Source: Candidatus Bathyarchaeota archaeon
GTDB lineage: Archaea; Thermoproteota; Bathyarchaeia; TCS64
Assembly (NCBI GenBank): GCA_026014815.1
Contig: JAOZHP010000043.1
Span: 11,931-75,930, forward strand
Reading direction: 5' to 3'
Length of the DNA: 64,000 nucleotides
The translations under genes and the position numbers were made by a program. Each line of letters opens with the position of its first letter. Position 1 is the stretch's first letter. The notes under the pieces are model-generated. The model searched no databases. It was not told where the DNA came from and saw nothing but the letters and a program-made list of their open reading frames with translations. Below, piece by piece: positions 10,730 through 21,395 of this stretch.

Positions 10730-10836
10730 TACCCCGTTTCTGTCTGGTTTTATCTATTATTCCCCCCTAAACAGCTTCAAGGGTAGCCGAGGAGCCCTCG
10801 ACTCAGTGTTAAATACTGATTTTTAGCTAGTGGATA

Positions 10837-11652
10837 ATGGTTGAATTGTCTGAAGAGAAATCAAGGTTTCTGATAGCTGAGATGACCTCCCCTGAGGTCA
10901 AGGAGGCGATGAAGGAGACAGGTATCGTGATCGTTCATGTGGGCTCCATGGAGCAGCATGGTCCTCATCTTCCCATTAAGACGGATACCACGATCGGGTT
11001 TGAGGTGTCTAAGCGTGCTGCGGCGAAGTTCTTTGAGGAGACGGGGAGGAGGGTTCTGGTGGCTCCGTCGATTCCCTTCGGCATGTCGCTTCATCACATG
11101 AGTTACCCCGGCTCTATCTCGCCACAGCCTGAGACCCTTGTTAAGTTGATGACGGAGATCTGTCTGGGGTTCGCTGGTCAGGGATTCAGTAAGATTCTGA
11201 TCACCAGTAGTCACGGCGGGAACATGCTGTGGACGGATATGGCTGCCCGTAAGATCTTTGATCAAACGGATGCCCAGGTCCTGCTGTTGAAGACGGTGTG
11301 GACTACTAACAAGGATGACGACTGGTCGGAGTACTTGAAGTCTGGGAAGGCGGGCAGCGGCCACGCCGGTGAGACTGAAACGTCGATTATGATGGCCCTC
11401 GGGGAGAATGTTCGCCTAGATAAGATGCCAGAAGAGGCCACGAACTGGAGGATCGCGTTGCCTGATTTCAGGAGCGTCGGCGGCGAAGCTAAGATTAGCG
11501 GTCTGAGCACCATGGGTACCTATAACGTGGAGGAGATCTGTGACGGCTACATGGGTGACCCGAGGGAGGCTTCCGCTGAGACCGGTGAGAAGATTCTGGA
11601 GAACTGGTCTAACAACTTGTTGGAGCTTCTTCGTCAGTACGATAAGCTCTAA
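10837..11652 (+). CDS. creatininase-family amidohydrolase
   Basis: 271 aa. GSMEQHGPHLP, SSHGGN and HAGETETS metal-binding motifs. Confidence 0.8.
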   Translation: MVELSEEKSRFLIAEMTSPEVKEAMKETGIVIVHVGSMEQHGPHLPIKTDTTIGFEVSKRAAAKFFEETGRRVLVAPSIPFGMSLHHMSYPGSISPQPETLVKLMTEICLGFAGQGFSKILITSSHGGNMLWTDMAARKIFDQTDAQVLLLKTVWTTNKDDDWSEYLKSGKAGSGHAGETETSIMMALGENVRLDKMPEEATNWRIALPDFRSVGGEAKISGLSTMGTYNVEEICDGYMGDPREASAETGEKILENWSNNLLELLRQYDKL

Positions 11653-11733
11653 TCTCCTTTTTTATAATGGGTTCGGGGTTTCCGTAATCATTCTTGGAAA
11701 AAGTATTCTTCTAGGGGCTTCACTTGTCTTGGT

Positions 11734-12720
11734 GTGATGATTAAGGAAGAGGAGTTCAGGCAGTATCTCACCGAGAGGGGTAACGATTCTGGGCAGGTGG
11801 ACGCTGCGGTGAACTCTGTCAAGGAGTCGATGAGTTACTTCGCTGGAAGAGGGCTGAGCTATGAGTCAGCTGATGTTGATGACTTTAAGGAGTATATCAG
11901 GCACCTGATGAAAGAGGGAAAGAACACGGAGGAAACCATCATGGGTGTGGCTCGGTACGTGTACTTCATGGACATGAAAGAGGAGTGGATTTACTTCGCC
12001 TCGATTATTGGAGGACGCAACATTCTTCCCTCCATCAAGGAACGCCTCGCCTCCGTGGTAAGCGATGAGGCGAGTGAGAAAGTCTTCAGTTTGGTGGAGG
12101 CTCCCCCACTTGGATGTGGCCCTGAAGCTTACCCCGAGGTGACCAAGAAGCTGATGGACCAGTTGAGGAAGGAACTGAGCCCCGAGGTCTACAAGAAGAT
12201 ACTCGCCGGTAACCATCACAGGGTTTCCGTGGAGAGCTTTGCAAGGCATAAAGGGTGGCTTGAGGAGCTTGGAAGCGTGGATGCTTGGCTTGAGAAGATG
12301 CACAGCGAGATCGTAACCGAGCTTGAGCATTTCATGAACGAGGGGAAGGTCTGGTACGAGCAGGTGATCACCCTTGAGGTGGTGGAGTACGTGAAGGCTG
12401 ATCAGGAGCGTCTCTCCGGTAGGCGTGACGGTGAGTGGATCTATAACACAAAGTTCCCGTACAGCCCAAGGGAGTACCTGTTGGAGACTGATCCGTTGAT
12501 GAAACGTTACTATATGTGTCACTGTCCTTTGGCGAGGGAGTCTGTGTTGAGCGGTGAGCCTGATATTCCGATGGATTGGTGTTACTGCAGCGCCGGTTAC
12601 GGTAAGCTCAGGTATGATATTGCCTTCGGCACTGATACGGAGGCGGAGGTGCTGGAGAGCGTGTTCAGTGGCTCCGATAAATGCCGTTTCAGGTTCAAGA
12701 TTCCCGAGGAGTGGCGTTAG
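11734..12720 (+). CDS. hypothetical protein with a Cys-rich C-terminus
   Basis: 328-aa ORF. C-terminal CHCPLARE...WCYCSAGYG...CRF cluster. Family not recognised. Confidence 0.5.
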   Translation: MMIKEEEFRQYLTERGNDSGQVDAAVNSVKESMSYFAGRGLSYESADVDDFKEYIRHLMKEGKNTEETIMGVARYVYFMDMKEEWIYFASIIGGRNILPSIKERLASVVSDEASEKVFSLVEAPPLGCGPEAYPEVTKKLMDQLRKELSPEVYKKILAGNHHRVSVESFARHKGWLEELGSVDAWLEKMHSEIVTELEHFMNEGKVWYEQVITLEVVEYVKADQERLSGRRDGEWIYNTKFPYSPREYLLETDPLMKRYYMCHCPLARESVLSGEPDIPMDWCYCSAGYGKLRYDIAFGTDTEAEVLESVFSGSDKCRFRFKIPEEWR

Positions 12721-12911
12721 CCATCCCTTTTTTACTTCAGTCAGATCGATTTTTCATGGGAAAAATGTCTTTGTTAGACCGTGTTTTTGCTTAGATTCAC
12801 CGTTACTTTACCGCATTTTTACGTAGATCATGAACGAAAAGGGGTTGTTCTGGGGCTTCTTTCAATGTAAAAGGCTTGGTTTCCCGTTATTCGGGGGTAC
12901 CCCCCCCTCCC

Positions 12912-13109
12912 CTATTTTATTATTTCTTGTACTCTGCCTACTCGTCCGTCTTGGAGCCTGACTTTGATTCCGTGGGGGTGTTTAGCGGATATTGTTAGTA
13001 CGTCTTTGACGGTGCCTCGGGTTAGTTTACCTGTGCGTTGGTCTCGTTTGAGGACTATCATGACCTCCGTCCCTAGTTTTATCTTGCTTCGTTGCCTTCC
13101 ATCCGTCAA
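12912..13109 (-). CDS. YwbE/DUF2196-like small protein
   Basis: 65 aa. VLKRDQRTGKLTRGTVKDVLT...HPHGIKVRLQDGRVGRVQEI matches the YwbE family pattern. Confidence 0.6.
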   Translation of the reverse strand: MTDGRQRSKIKLGTEVMIVLKRDQRTGKLTRGTVKDVLTISAKHPHGIKVRLQDGRVGRVQEIIK

Positions 13110-13188
13110 CGTGTTTCATCCCTGAGCCGTGACGCCAGTATTTAGAGGCTTCGGAGACGAGTGGAGTGGCCCACACTACGATTGGTAG

Positions 13189-13641
13189 TTATTTCGTTGC
13201 CTCTGCCAGCTCTTTTCCGAGAGCTTTGCAATCCTCGAGTGTTTTCTGGTCGGGGGCCCCGTATGACTCCACTGGTTCGCCTATCTGGTTTCCGACGTAG
13301 CTGAACATGTTGATCATGGCTGGTTTGACTTTTCCGCCTCCTCCGTGACTGTAGAAGAGGGCGTAGGGTTTGCCTTGGAGGTTTTTGACTCCTTTTCTTA
13401 CCCGGGCGATGTAGTGGTCATCCATGAAAGTTTTGAGGGTGCCAGCTGGGTAGCTATAGTAGTCTGGTGTGCCGAAGGCTACGCAACTGTACTCCGCGAA
13501 CTCGTTGATGGGGTACCGGCTTTCATCTGTGTTAAAGAGGGTCACGTCTAATCCTTCGTCTCGTAGACCTTGGGCGACTGCTTCCGCCATCTTGCCGGTG
13601 TTTCCGAACTCTTGGCTGTGGTATAGAACTAGGGCTTTCAT
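13189..13641 (-). CDS. flavodoxin-like fold protein
   Basis: 150 aa. N-terminus MKALVLYHSQEFGNTGKMAEAVA (FMN phosphate loop pattern). Confidence 0.7.
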   Translation of the reverse strand: MKALVLYHSQEFGNTGKMAEAVAQGLRDEGLDVTLFNTDESRYPINEFAEYSCVAFGTPDYYSYPAGTLKTFMDDHYIARVRKGVKNLQGKPYALFYSHGGGGKVKPAMINMFSYVGNQIGEPVESYGAPDQKTLEDCKALGKELAEATK

Positions 13642-13990
13642 TTGAACCTACGTTCTAGTGCTCTCTGAGTAAATAAAACTTTGAACGTTAAATGGTGTTG
13701 ACATGTTTACCGGTTATCGCGTAAGAACTTCATTCTGGCTACGAAGAGGTGTTCCTCGGTTGGGTTTCTGACGCGCATCTCATCAAGGAAACTTATTAGG
13801 GGTAGCTGGTTGATGTCGTCTGTGTTTTTTGGTTTTTCTGCCCTAGTTAGCGCGTTGTCGTCGCTCGTCATGGTCAAGCGTAGGGGTGCAGAGGCATTAT
13901 TAATGAAATGTGGTGGTACCGTACGAATCCGGGGTATAGACTGGTAGTACTTTCTGGATTTATCAGGATTCGTGAATATATGCGTGTTTT

Positions 13991-14284
13991 TTGGGGTTGG
14001 TTGTGGCTTACAATCGTATTAATAACGATTATTTTTCTTTAGAAGCGTTGTTTGCCCAGGACACGCTTCCCAAGTGTTGCTTCAGAGACCCAATAATAAT
14101 GTGCGACCACTGTGGGCTCCAGCTGTGTCCTGGGCATTCATGTCAGGTCGTAGAGAAAGGCATGGAAAATAGGACCGGAGTGCAGCATAGGACCAACTTT
14201 GTTCTCTGTGAGGTTTGTGCCCGTAAGTTGATTAGTTTTGGTGTGGACTCGGTGGAGTTCATGTTGTTGGAGAAGGGGCGTTAG
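13991..14284 (+). CDS. hypothetical Cys-rich protein, ending at a TAG that is in frame with the next ORF
   Basis: 97 aa. CC...CDHCGLQLCPGHSC...CEVC pattern. ORF 14285..14497 follows in the same frame, separated only by the TAG at 14282-14284. Confidence 0.35.
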   Translation: MGLVVAYNRINNDYFSLEALFAQDTLPKCCFRDPIIMCDHCGLQLCPGHSCQVVEKGMENRTGVQHRTNFVLCEVCARKLISFGVDSVEFMLLEKGR

Positions 14285-14497
14285 GTGGGTAAGATCGTTC
14301 CTTATAGCAGGGTTAAGGTGAAGAAATCGTCAAAGAGGAAGAAAGATGGGAGTAACAGGTACATTGAAGGGGTTATCACGTCATTCCTTATCTTCCCTGT
14401 GCTGCTGATCTCGTATCTTCTAACGGGAAAGTTCTATTTCTATATGCTTTGGTTGATTCCATTTGTGTGGCTTAGCTACGTGAGCTTATCCAAGTAG
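14285..14497 (+). CDS. hypothetical small membrane protein (possibly the C-terminal part of the preceding ORF)
   Basis: 70 aa. A basic stretch followed by two hydrophobic helices. The GTG start directly abuts the upstream TAG in the same frame. Confidence 0.3.
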   Translation: MGKIVPYSRVKVKKSSKRKKDGSNRYIEGVITSFLIFPVLLISYLLTGKFYFYMLWLIPFVWLSYVSLSK

Positions 14498-14508
14498 AAG
14501 TGGATGGG

Positions 14509-16089
14509 TCATGGCCAGAAGAGGAAGCTAATCAGCGGTATTATGGTAGCTGCTGTGATTATGAGGCCAATGACGAAGGTTTTCCTGAGTGCCTTATACT
14601 CCTCGCCGTAGGCTCCTATCAACGACACGTTCTTCATGAGCTTCCTGATGTCTGTAATGCCTATGTTGGCGACGATGTGGCCTACCATGAAAGCGGTGGG
14701 TTTAGAGAATCCCAAGGCTTTGGCTGCGATGAAGTGGAACGGAGTGAAGAAGGTAGTGCTGGTTAACTCTGTGCCGAGGAGCGTGGTGGCGAACATGGAC
14801 ATGAAAGGTACCATGACGAAGTAGGGGTGAAGTCCTAAACTGACGGCTGTGTTAGCCAGCTGATTCATCAGGTTGAGGTGTTCGCTGCCCGCTGGGAGGA
14901 CGAGTTGACCGTCTATGATGACTTTTCCGCTCCAAAAGTAGGCGAAGACCATGCCTGCGAACATCCAGTTGGCTATCTGCTGGATGACCCACCGCTTCCG
15001 GATGAGGTCTACTGTGTAGTTGACGCTCTCCCGGGTGGGCTTGAGGAAAGTGAACATGATGAGTATGGTGGCGAAGGGCCAGATAGCTGGCTGCATTACC
15101 TTGAATGGTACACTCTGGTCCGCGATTACATGGATACTTACTGTCCCTAGGACTTGTTCTATGGGTTTCCCGAATGCCCCCCAGAGCCCCGCGAGGACGC
15201 TGACAATGACGAGGGGCGCTATTGCCTTATTGATTCTACTCTTTTCCTCGGGGTTGAGTGGCGGATGGTTGGTTTCAACCTCATCCGAGTTACCGAATAC
15301 CCCAATTTTTTGGGCTGCATAGAGAATGCCCATACCCGCTGCGCCTGCGATGATGCCTACGCTCATGATGTCAACGGTGAGGTTGAGTATGTTGACAATG
15401 CCCGCGAGTACGAGCCCGTAAACTGTGACTACCGCTGCGTCACGCTTGGTGACTCTGTGTCCATCTTCCTTGAGCACCCAAAGCATGGCGAGAGCGAACC
15501 CGGGGATGGTGACCCAGAAGAACCTGTTGAACATGGGCATCAACTCCGCTAGAGTGAACCCGAACTGGTCACCGTAGAGGAGGGTTGGGACTACTACCGG
15601 TGTGGCGTAGTAGGCGTACTGGGTGAGGGGGTCCGCTGATCCCTCTATTAGTATGCTTACCGCCCAAGGGCTGATGCCCATATCGTTGAGCACGACCGCT
15701 AACCACGTGAACCCAGCTCCACTGCTCAGCATCATAATACCGAGGCCGAAGCAGAGGAAGAATGTCTTGAACACGAGCCCTCCCTTCATCCTGATCACTG
15801 CTTTCTGTATATCCACGAAGCATCCGTGATACATCATGTGGTACGTCATGTACCATGCGGCTATTCCCGCGAAGGTGTAACTCATGGGTACCAGCATCCC
15901 ATAGATCCATGCATAGCCTAGGAGCCATACAGGTGTCTTGCTGTAGAAGATGGCTATTACCCACGTGCAGAGGGTGCCGAGGAGGCCCGCCCAGTGGGTC
16001 TTCATCTTGTACTTGAGGATGGCTGTGAGTGTGATCACGAAAGGGATGATCGCGAGGACGACGCCAATCATAGCTGAAACATCTGACAT
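14509..16089 (-). CDS. polytopic membrane permease (family not assigned)
   Basis: 526 aa, hydrophobic throughout with at least 10 predicted helices. No soluble domain. Confidence 0.6.
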   Translation of the reverse strand: MSDVSAMIGVVLAIIPFVITLTAILKYKMKTHWAGLLGTLCTWVIAIFYSKTPVWLLGYAWIYGMLVPMSYTFAGIAAWYMTYHMMYHGCFVDIQKAVIRMKGGLVFKTFFLCFGLGIMMLSSGAGFTWLAVVLNDMGISPWAVSILIEGSADPLTQYAYYATPVVVPTLLYGDQFGFTLAELMPMFNRFFWVTIPGFALAMLWVLKEDGHRVTKRDAAVVTVYGLVLAGIVNILNLTVDIMSVGIIAGAAGMGILYAAQKIGVFGNSDEVETNHPPLNPEEKSRINKAIAPLVIVSVLAGLWGAFGKPIEQVLGTVSIHVIADQSVPFKVMQPAIWPFATILIMFTFLKPTRESVNYTVDLIRKRWVIQQIANWMFAGMVFAYFWSGKVIIDGQLVLPAGSEHLNLMNQLANTAVSLGLHPYFVMVPFMSMFATTLLGTELTSTTFFTPFHFIAAKALGFSKPTAFMVGHIVANIGITDIRKLMKNVSLIGAYGEEYKALRKTFVIGLIITAATIIPLISFLFWP

Positions 16090-16172
16090 CTAGTTCATTT
16101 AAGGTTTACATTGCTATCGATGGAATTACGGTGTTGTTTTAATTAACTTGATATCACACGAAAAAATATGGG

Positions 16173-16625
16173 TCACTGTGGATTAGCAAGGGGGAGATTA
16201 ACATTTGTGATGTAATTGAGTACCGAGACTATGATCCATACCGTTACGAGGAGAAGTATCAGTCTCTTTCTCTCTCTGATCTCCCCGTCTACAATCCATC
16301 TTGGTATGAAGGTAACGCAACTGTAGATAGCCACGGCCACTGGGATCATCACCACCATTATCGGGAAGGTGTACAGCAACGCGTTGCCCGAGAGAACCAC
16401 CTCGATAACGAACCCTGAGACAAGCATCGCAGACACTAACCCTCTATCACCCAGCCTCCTCCTGTAGATCAAGTGCCCGAAGAGCAGCGGATACCCGATG
16501 TAGAACACCCAGATGAGAGGCATATGCCTGACCCATCGCTCCACGTCAGGGTTAAAGACCGTGGAGAAATCCACCACAACCCACGCAGCAACCCCGGCGA
16601 ACACATACTTCAAGAAATCATCCAT
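16173..16625 (-). CDS. small integral membrane protein
   Basis: 150 aa with four hydrophobic segments. Confidence 0.5.
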   Translation of the reverse strand: MDDFLKYVFAGVAAWVVVDFSTVFNPDVERWVRHMPLIWVFYIGYPLLFGHLIYRRRLGDRGLVSAMLVSGFVIEVVLSGNALLYTFPIMVVMIPVAVAIYSCVTFIPRWIVDGEIRERKRLILLLVTVWIIVSVLNYITNVNLPLANPQ

Positions 16626-16774
16626 AGAACCACCACGAACGTATATGATTACTCATCACTCCATCACCGAGGATAAAATTTTGGATTCACAGGGCGATTA
16701 ATCATGTATGTTATTAAAATCGTGTATGATAATAATTAATAGAAGAGCAGTGAGTGGGGATAGAGAAAAGAAGA

Positions 16775-17860
16775 TTATTTTTTAGCAGTTAGTTCCTTCG
16801 CGATGGTGTACCATGTTTCTGAGAATGTATCTGGGATTTTCTGCTCTGCGGCGCCCGGTTTTCGTGTTAATGTTAGTGCTCCGCTTGGGCATGTTGAGAC
16901 GCAGAGTCCACACCCGATGCATCTATCGGAGTTGAATTCCACTCTGTCAACCCCTGCCGTGATAGCCTGCATCTGGCACCGGTCAATGCATATTCCGCAG
17001 TTCAAGCAGGCATCCTCATCAAACTCAGCGATGAATGAACTCGCGACGGCTTCTGATGGCTTCGGGTGGTACTGAAGTCCCTTCAATATACCACAGCAGT
17101 CACCACAACAGCAACATATCGCGGATACAAACTTGGAGTTAGTCGGATTTAGCACCAGGTTGGCGTCGTTGGCTTTCGCAAGAAGGTCCCACACCTCAGA
17201 CTGTTTAATCGCGCGAGCTCGACCGGTTCGTAAATAAAAGTCAGCGAATTCACCGAAAACCAAGCAGCTTTCTTCAGGCGCGTCACAGCCTTCTCCCTTC
17301 ATCTTTGCGTGACGACGGCAAACACACGGCGCCACAGCAAACTTGTCGTGGGCCTTCACCAGTTCCTCGACGTGCTCATATGGGAGAACCTCTAACCGTG
17401 AGTCGATGCTCTGATGGATGGGTATAGTCCGCATCTGGGAAATGGTTTCTGGCCGTGACCGTCGTATCCTTGAACTATAATAATCGTCAAAATTTTTGAT
17501 GAAATTGTCATCCATACGATTGACTTGGAACTCGTAGATCCCGACGACCCATGGCGCAGCTTGATAATGAATCCTTCCATCATCAGATTGAACCGAGTAA
17601 ATGAGCCCCTTCTCAGCCATCTCGTGGAGCCGTTTCTCAGTCTCAACAAGTGATAGACTTGATTTTTTTGCTATGGCTTGTGCATCTTCCTTTTCCAGAA
17701 TTAAATTGATGGCTAACTCTGCTTCCTCTGGAGTGAATAATCCTTGAAGCAAACGAATGTCTGCACCGGTGTCGCTGGGAGCGAAACCTCCGGGCAGTCG
17801 ATCCAGATGTTCGGCAAGTTTCCTGTAAGTAGCCTCGATCTCTAAGTCATTATTTGTCAT
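16775..17860 (-). CDS. 4Fe-4S dicluster domain protein
   Basis: 361 aa. CLNCGICIDRC and CIGCGLCVSTCP ferredoxin motifs plus extra Cys clusters (CVCRRH, CCCCGDCC). Confidence 0.75.
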   Translation of the reverse strand: MTNNDLEIEATYRKLAEHLDRLPGGFAPSDTGADIRLLQGLFTPEEAELAINLILEKEDAQAIAKKSSLSLVETEKRLHEMAEKGLIYSVQSDDGRIHYQAAPWVVGIYEFQVNRMDDNFIKNFDDYYSSRIRRSRPETISQMRTIPIHQSIDSRLEVLPYEHVEELVKAHDKFAVAPCVCRRHAKMKGEGCDAPEESCLVFGEFADFYLRTGRARAIKQSEVWDLLAKANDANLVLNPTNSKFVSAICCCCGDCCGILKGLQYHPKPSEAVASSFIAEFDEDACLNCGICIDRCQMQAITAGVDRVEFNSDRCIGCGLCVSTCPSGALTLTRKPGAAEQKIPDTFSETWYTIAKELTAKK

Positions 17861-17921
17861 TAATAATCACGGTTAGGTGTTATCGTAGGCTGATGTTAAA
17901 ATTTTGGATTGATGTTGTTTT

Positions 17922-18472
17922 TTACGTTGAAATTGTGATATCCTTGCTATATATGACAAGTTTTAACCCGTAAGGGTTCTCGGCATATCCTCCCTTTACA
18001 AAACCCATATTTTCGTAGAGTTTAATCGCGGGAATCAGACCGGGATCAGTGTTCAGGCTTACCTTGCTTGATCCCTTGACTCCTCAATGAACCTAGTCAG
18101 TAAAGACTTTCCGACTCCTCTCCTCCTAAACGCGGGTAAGACTCCTAGAAAACTGAGCCAGCTTGACCCATCTTCCTTGATGTTTCCCCAAGCCATGCCA
18201 GTGATCTCATTTTCTTCTGTTGACACCATTAAAATGTTTTTTTCATCGGAGAGCTCCTTCAACATTTTATCATGGAACTCGGAGCTGGAGGCTTTCTTGA
18301 TCTGGTTATCAACATAGTCGTCTGGAAGGATGCTTTTCAGGCTCCTGAATACCTCTCGATAGCACTCTATGAATCCTTGAACCTCCTCTCGTGAGATCAT
18401 GTGAATACGCATAGGAACTCCTGTTGACAAGATTACTGAATAACTGAAACTGATAAACAAGATGAGCAACAA
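17922..18472 (-). pseudogene. GNAT acetyltransferase with a frameshift near 18060-18075
   Basis: ORF 18059..18472 carries LGVLPAFRRRGVGKSLL (motif A). The expected continuation, KVSLNTDPGLIPAIKLYENMGFVKGG..., is found in another frame down to TAA at 17922-17924. Confidence 0.6.
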
Positions 18473-18640
18473 TTATTGCGTCTCAATTTTGATTCTACTT
18501 TACGGGGAGAATAAATACGTGATTACACGTTGAATGTAATTGCCTGAATGGATGGAAGGTACCTCAAAGAACTCTAACGTAAATCGGCTAGAGTAAGATG
18601 ATTTATGGACATAACTATGGATTAGAGTCGCATGAACGAT

Positions 18641-18853
18641 CTAATTTGCTAATACTTCAGAGAGTTCATTGAATATATCCAGGACAAGCTCCATCTGCTT
18701 CAGATACTGGTTTGTAGTGAGAAGCTCGTATTTGTACACCTCAGATACACTTCGGGTTAATTCCTGTATCTTTCCCTGAATCTCTGTGCTTGAAGTTGAG
18801 TGTATATGTGGATGGTTATTGACCATTTCCTGGCTCACTTGGTTAGTCATCAT
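18641..18853 (-). CDS. hypothetical protein
   Basis: 70-aa ORF in a long intergenic region. No motif. Confidence 0.25.
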   Translation of the reverse strand: MMTNQVSQEMVNNHPHIHSTSSTEIQGKIQELTRSVSEVYKYELLTTNQYLKQMELVLDIFNELSEVLAN

Positions 18854-19127
18854 GTTTAATCATGATTTGTTCTGGTTTTTTGTTTATAAGGGCGACTCAA
18901 GTGCCATAATGACCTGAAATAATCTCATATGATACTCACAAGATGTTACTATTATGTTGAGATTCTAATTCAAGGGTTATACCTCAAATTGTGGATAAAA
19001 TCATGGAGAAAGACACCCGAGGACGTGATCAGGTAACTCGGTCTAACATATAGTGCATCTGCCCGGAAAAACCGGACATAGTATACTAAAAATAGGCAAC
19101 TATACTGTATAGGATGTTAATGGTGGT

Positions 19128-20291
19128 GTGATTAATTTGGAGGAAAAATCTGTCAACGCCTTCAGAGTGCTACTTCTTAGCGTGTTCATGGCCATGGTGG
19201 GCCTAGGGATAATATCACCCATCATACCAAACTACGCCTCCGACCTTGGCGCCTCAGGGATCTACATCGGTCTCATATACTCAAGCTTCTCCCTCTCCCG
19301 GGCCATACTCCAGACCCCAGTGGGAAGACTCGCCGACACCTACAGCAAGAAAAAGATAATCATCGCCGGCTTAATCATGTACACCATCACAAGCGTCCTC
19401 TACACTTACGTCTACTCCCCTGAGACCCTCATAGCGGTGAGAATATTCCATGGAGTAGGCTCAGCCATGATGATGCCCGTCGCCATGGCGTACGCCATGA
19501 GACTCACACCCAAAGGCGAGGAAGGTAAGTACATGGGATACATGAACACTGCCCTCTTCACAGGGTTCGGAGCAGGTCCCTTCATTGGCGGCTACATCTA
19601 CGAGAATTATAGTATCGCGACGGTGTTCAACACCATGTCGGTTCTGGTCTCCATAAGCTTACTGTTAACCATCTTCCTCGTGCCCGATGAGGAATCACTG
19701 GGAATAATGGACAAGACGCCCAGGGTGCCCATAAGAAAGATTCTCACCAACAAGATGCTGCTCAGCATCCTCGTCTACAGGGCGGTAAACGCCTTGGGCA
19801 GAGGCACCATAATGAGTTTTCTACCTCTTTTCGCCGTGCAGATACTTGGGCTGTCGGGCACATACATCGGTGTCATCCTCTCTACTGGCATCTTTGCTAC
19901 GGCTCTCCTCCAGACTCCCATGGGTATCCTCGCGGATAGATATAACCGGAAACATATGCTGATCATCGGCGGCGTCGTAGCCTCACTTGGCTACTTTTAC
20001 ATGGTGAACGCGGGAACCATCGTCGAGTTGTTCCTAGCCCGGCTCACTGTATCCGCCGGCGGCGCGTTATCACTACCAGCTGTAACCGCAATAGTAGCTG
20101 AGGAGGGTAGAGAACTCGGGGTGGGCTCCACGGTGGGCGTGTTCAACACCGCCATGAGCATCGGCCAGATAGTGGGGCCTGTCTTCTCAGGGTTCCTCTT
20201 GGATACTTATGGCATGGGGTCCGTGTTCTACTTCTCGGGGGTAATAGGCGTCATCAGTGTGCTTGCTTTCTGGCTCTTATCTCGAATATAG
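19128..20291 (+). CDS. MFS transporter
   Basis: 387 aa, about 12 TM helices. GRLADTYSKKKII and ILADRYNRKHM loop motifs. Confidence 0.85.
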   Translation: MINLEEKSVNAFRVLLLSVFMAMVGLGIISPIIPNYASDLGASGIYIGLIYSSFSLSRAILQTPVGRLADTYSKKKIIIAGLIMYTITSVLYTYVYSPETLIAVRIFHGVGSAMMMPVAMAYAMRLTPKGEEGKYMGYMNTALFTGFGAGPFIGGYIYENYSIATVFNTMSVLVSISLLLTIFLVPDEESLGIMDKTPRVPIRKILTNKMLLSILVYRAVNALGRGTIMSFLPLFAVQILGLSGTYIGVILSTGIFATALLQTPMGILADRYNRKHMLIIGGVVASLGYFYMVNAGTIVELFLARLTVSAGGALSLPAVTAIVAEEGRELGVGSTVGVFNTAMSIGQIVGPVFSGFLLDTYGMGSVFYFSGVIGVISVLAFWLLSRI

Positions 20292-20369
20292 CGCTTAGAG
20301 GGCATCGATCCCAATGAATCGATACAATGAATTTAGAATAATATCACTCATCAAAGATAGGTTTGCACA

Positions 20370-20657
20370 CTAGAACCCTAGTCCCATCTCGGAGCACTCA
20401 CTCAAAACCGGGTTGTACGGCACGTCATACTTGAACCAGATATTGTCAAGAGTCTTGGCGTCCTCACCAAGAGAATCCATCACGCAATGCAATACCTCAT
20501 GGTTGATAGCCATCTCGATCTCATGCTCATCTACTAACACGCCGTTGAACTCTTCGGCCATATTGTAGCCCCCAAAGAAAAGATAGTACTCACCCTTAGA
20601 CGTGACAGACGCACCGTTATGACCGATGATGAAAACGATGTCAGGATGGAAATCCAT
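20370..20657 (-). CDS. hypothetical small protein with an HExxH motif
   Basis: 95 aa. AINHEVLHCV contains HEVLH. Too short for a confident metalloprotease call. Confidence 0.35.
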   Translation of the reverse strand: MDFHPDIVFIIGHNGASVTSKGEYYLFFGGYNMAEEFNGVLVDEHEIEMAINHEVLHCVMDSLGEDAKTLDNIWFKYDVPYNPVLSECSEMGLGF

Positions 20658-20834
20658 TTCAAGTATCTCCTACTGCGTTGTTCAGATGCTTGTGGTTTCT
20701 GTGACTAGGAAAATGGATTTAATGATTATCGATAACCAGAATCTAACACTAATCCATTAACACAGACCCAGCCACTACTCAGGATTACTAACAGGAATCT
20801 CAGTGACGTAAGGACAAAATTATGGATGGGTTTC

Positions 20835-21344
20835 TCACCATTTTTCTTGGTGAACCCGTGACTCGTCGAACTGGGTTCTCGGCTCTTTCTCCTCAGCCGG
20901 GTAACCAACTGCGATGAGGTTAGCGGGAACAATATCATCAGGAATACTCAGCACCTCTCGGGCCATAGACGCCTGATCTGGGTGGGCCAACCCTATCCAG
21001 ACTGCCCCCAGTCCCAACGCGACAGCGCCATGCAATATGTTCATCGTCGCAGCTGAGCAGTCCTCCCGGATAAACGACCTAGGCAATGGCGAGATAGCTG
21101 GGTCCCCACACACCGCGATACAAAGAGGGGCTTCAAACAGCATCTTCCCATATGGATGTCGTTCAGCCAGTTCATCAAGGGTCTCTCTTTTCTTCACAAC
21201 GATAAAGTGCCATGGTTTCCGGTTCCCTCCGGTGGGAGCCGCCATCCCGACCATAAGCAGCTTCCTGATATCATCGTCCTTCACAGGCTCAGAACGGTAC
21301 TTCCTGATGCTACGCCTAGTAAAAAGCGCATCCAACCCAATCAT
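20835..21344 (-). CDS. nitroreductase family protein
   Basis: 169 aa. LFTRRSIRKY and APTGGNRKPWHFIVV. Confidence 0.8.
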   Translation of the reverse strand: MIGLDALFTRRSIRKYRSEPVKDDDIRKLLMVGMAAPTGGNRKPWHFIVVKKRETLDELAERHPYGKMLFEAPLCIAVCGDPAISPLPRSFIREDCSAATMNILHGAVALGLGAVWIGLAHPDQASMAREVLSIPDDIVPANLIAVGYPAEEKEPRTQFDESRVHQEKW

Positions 21345-21395
21345 CCAGAATCACAGATAGGATTACGGCAAAGTGAGGATAAAATTATGGATTGG

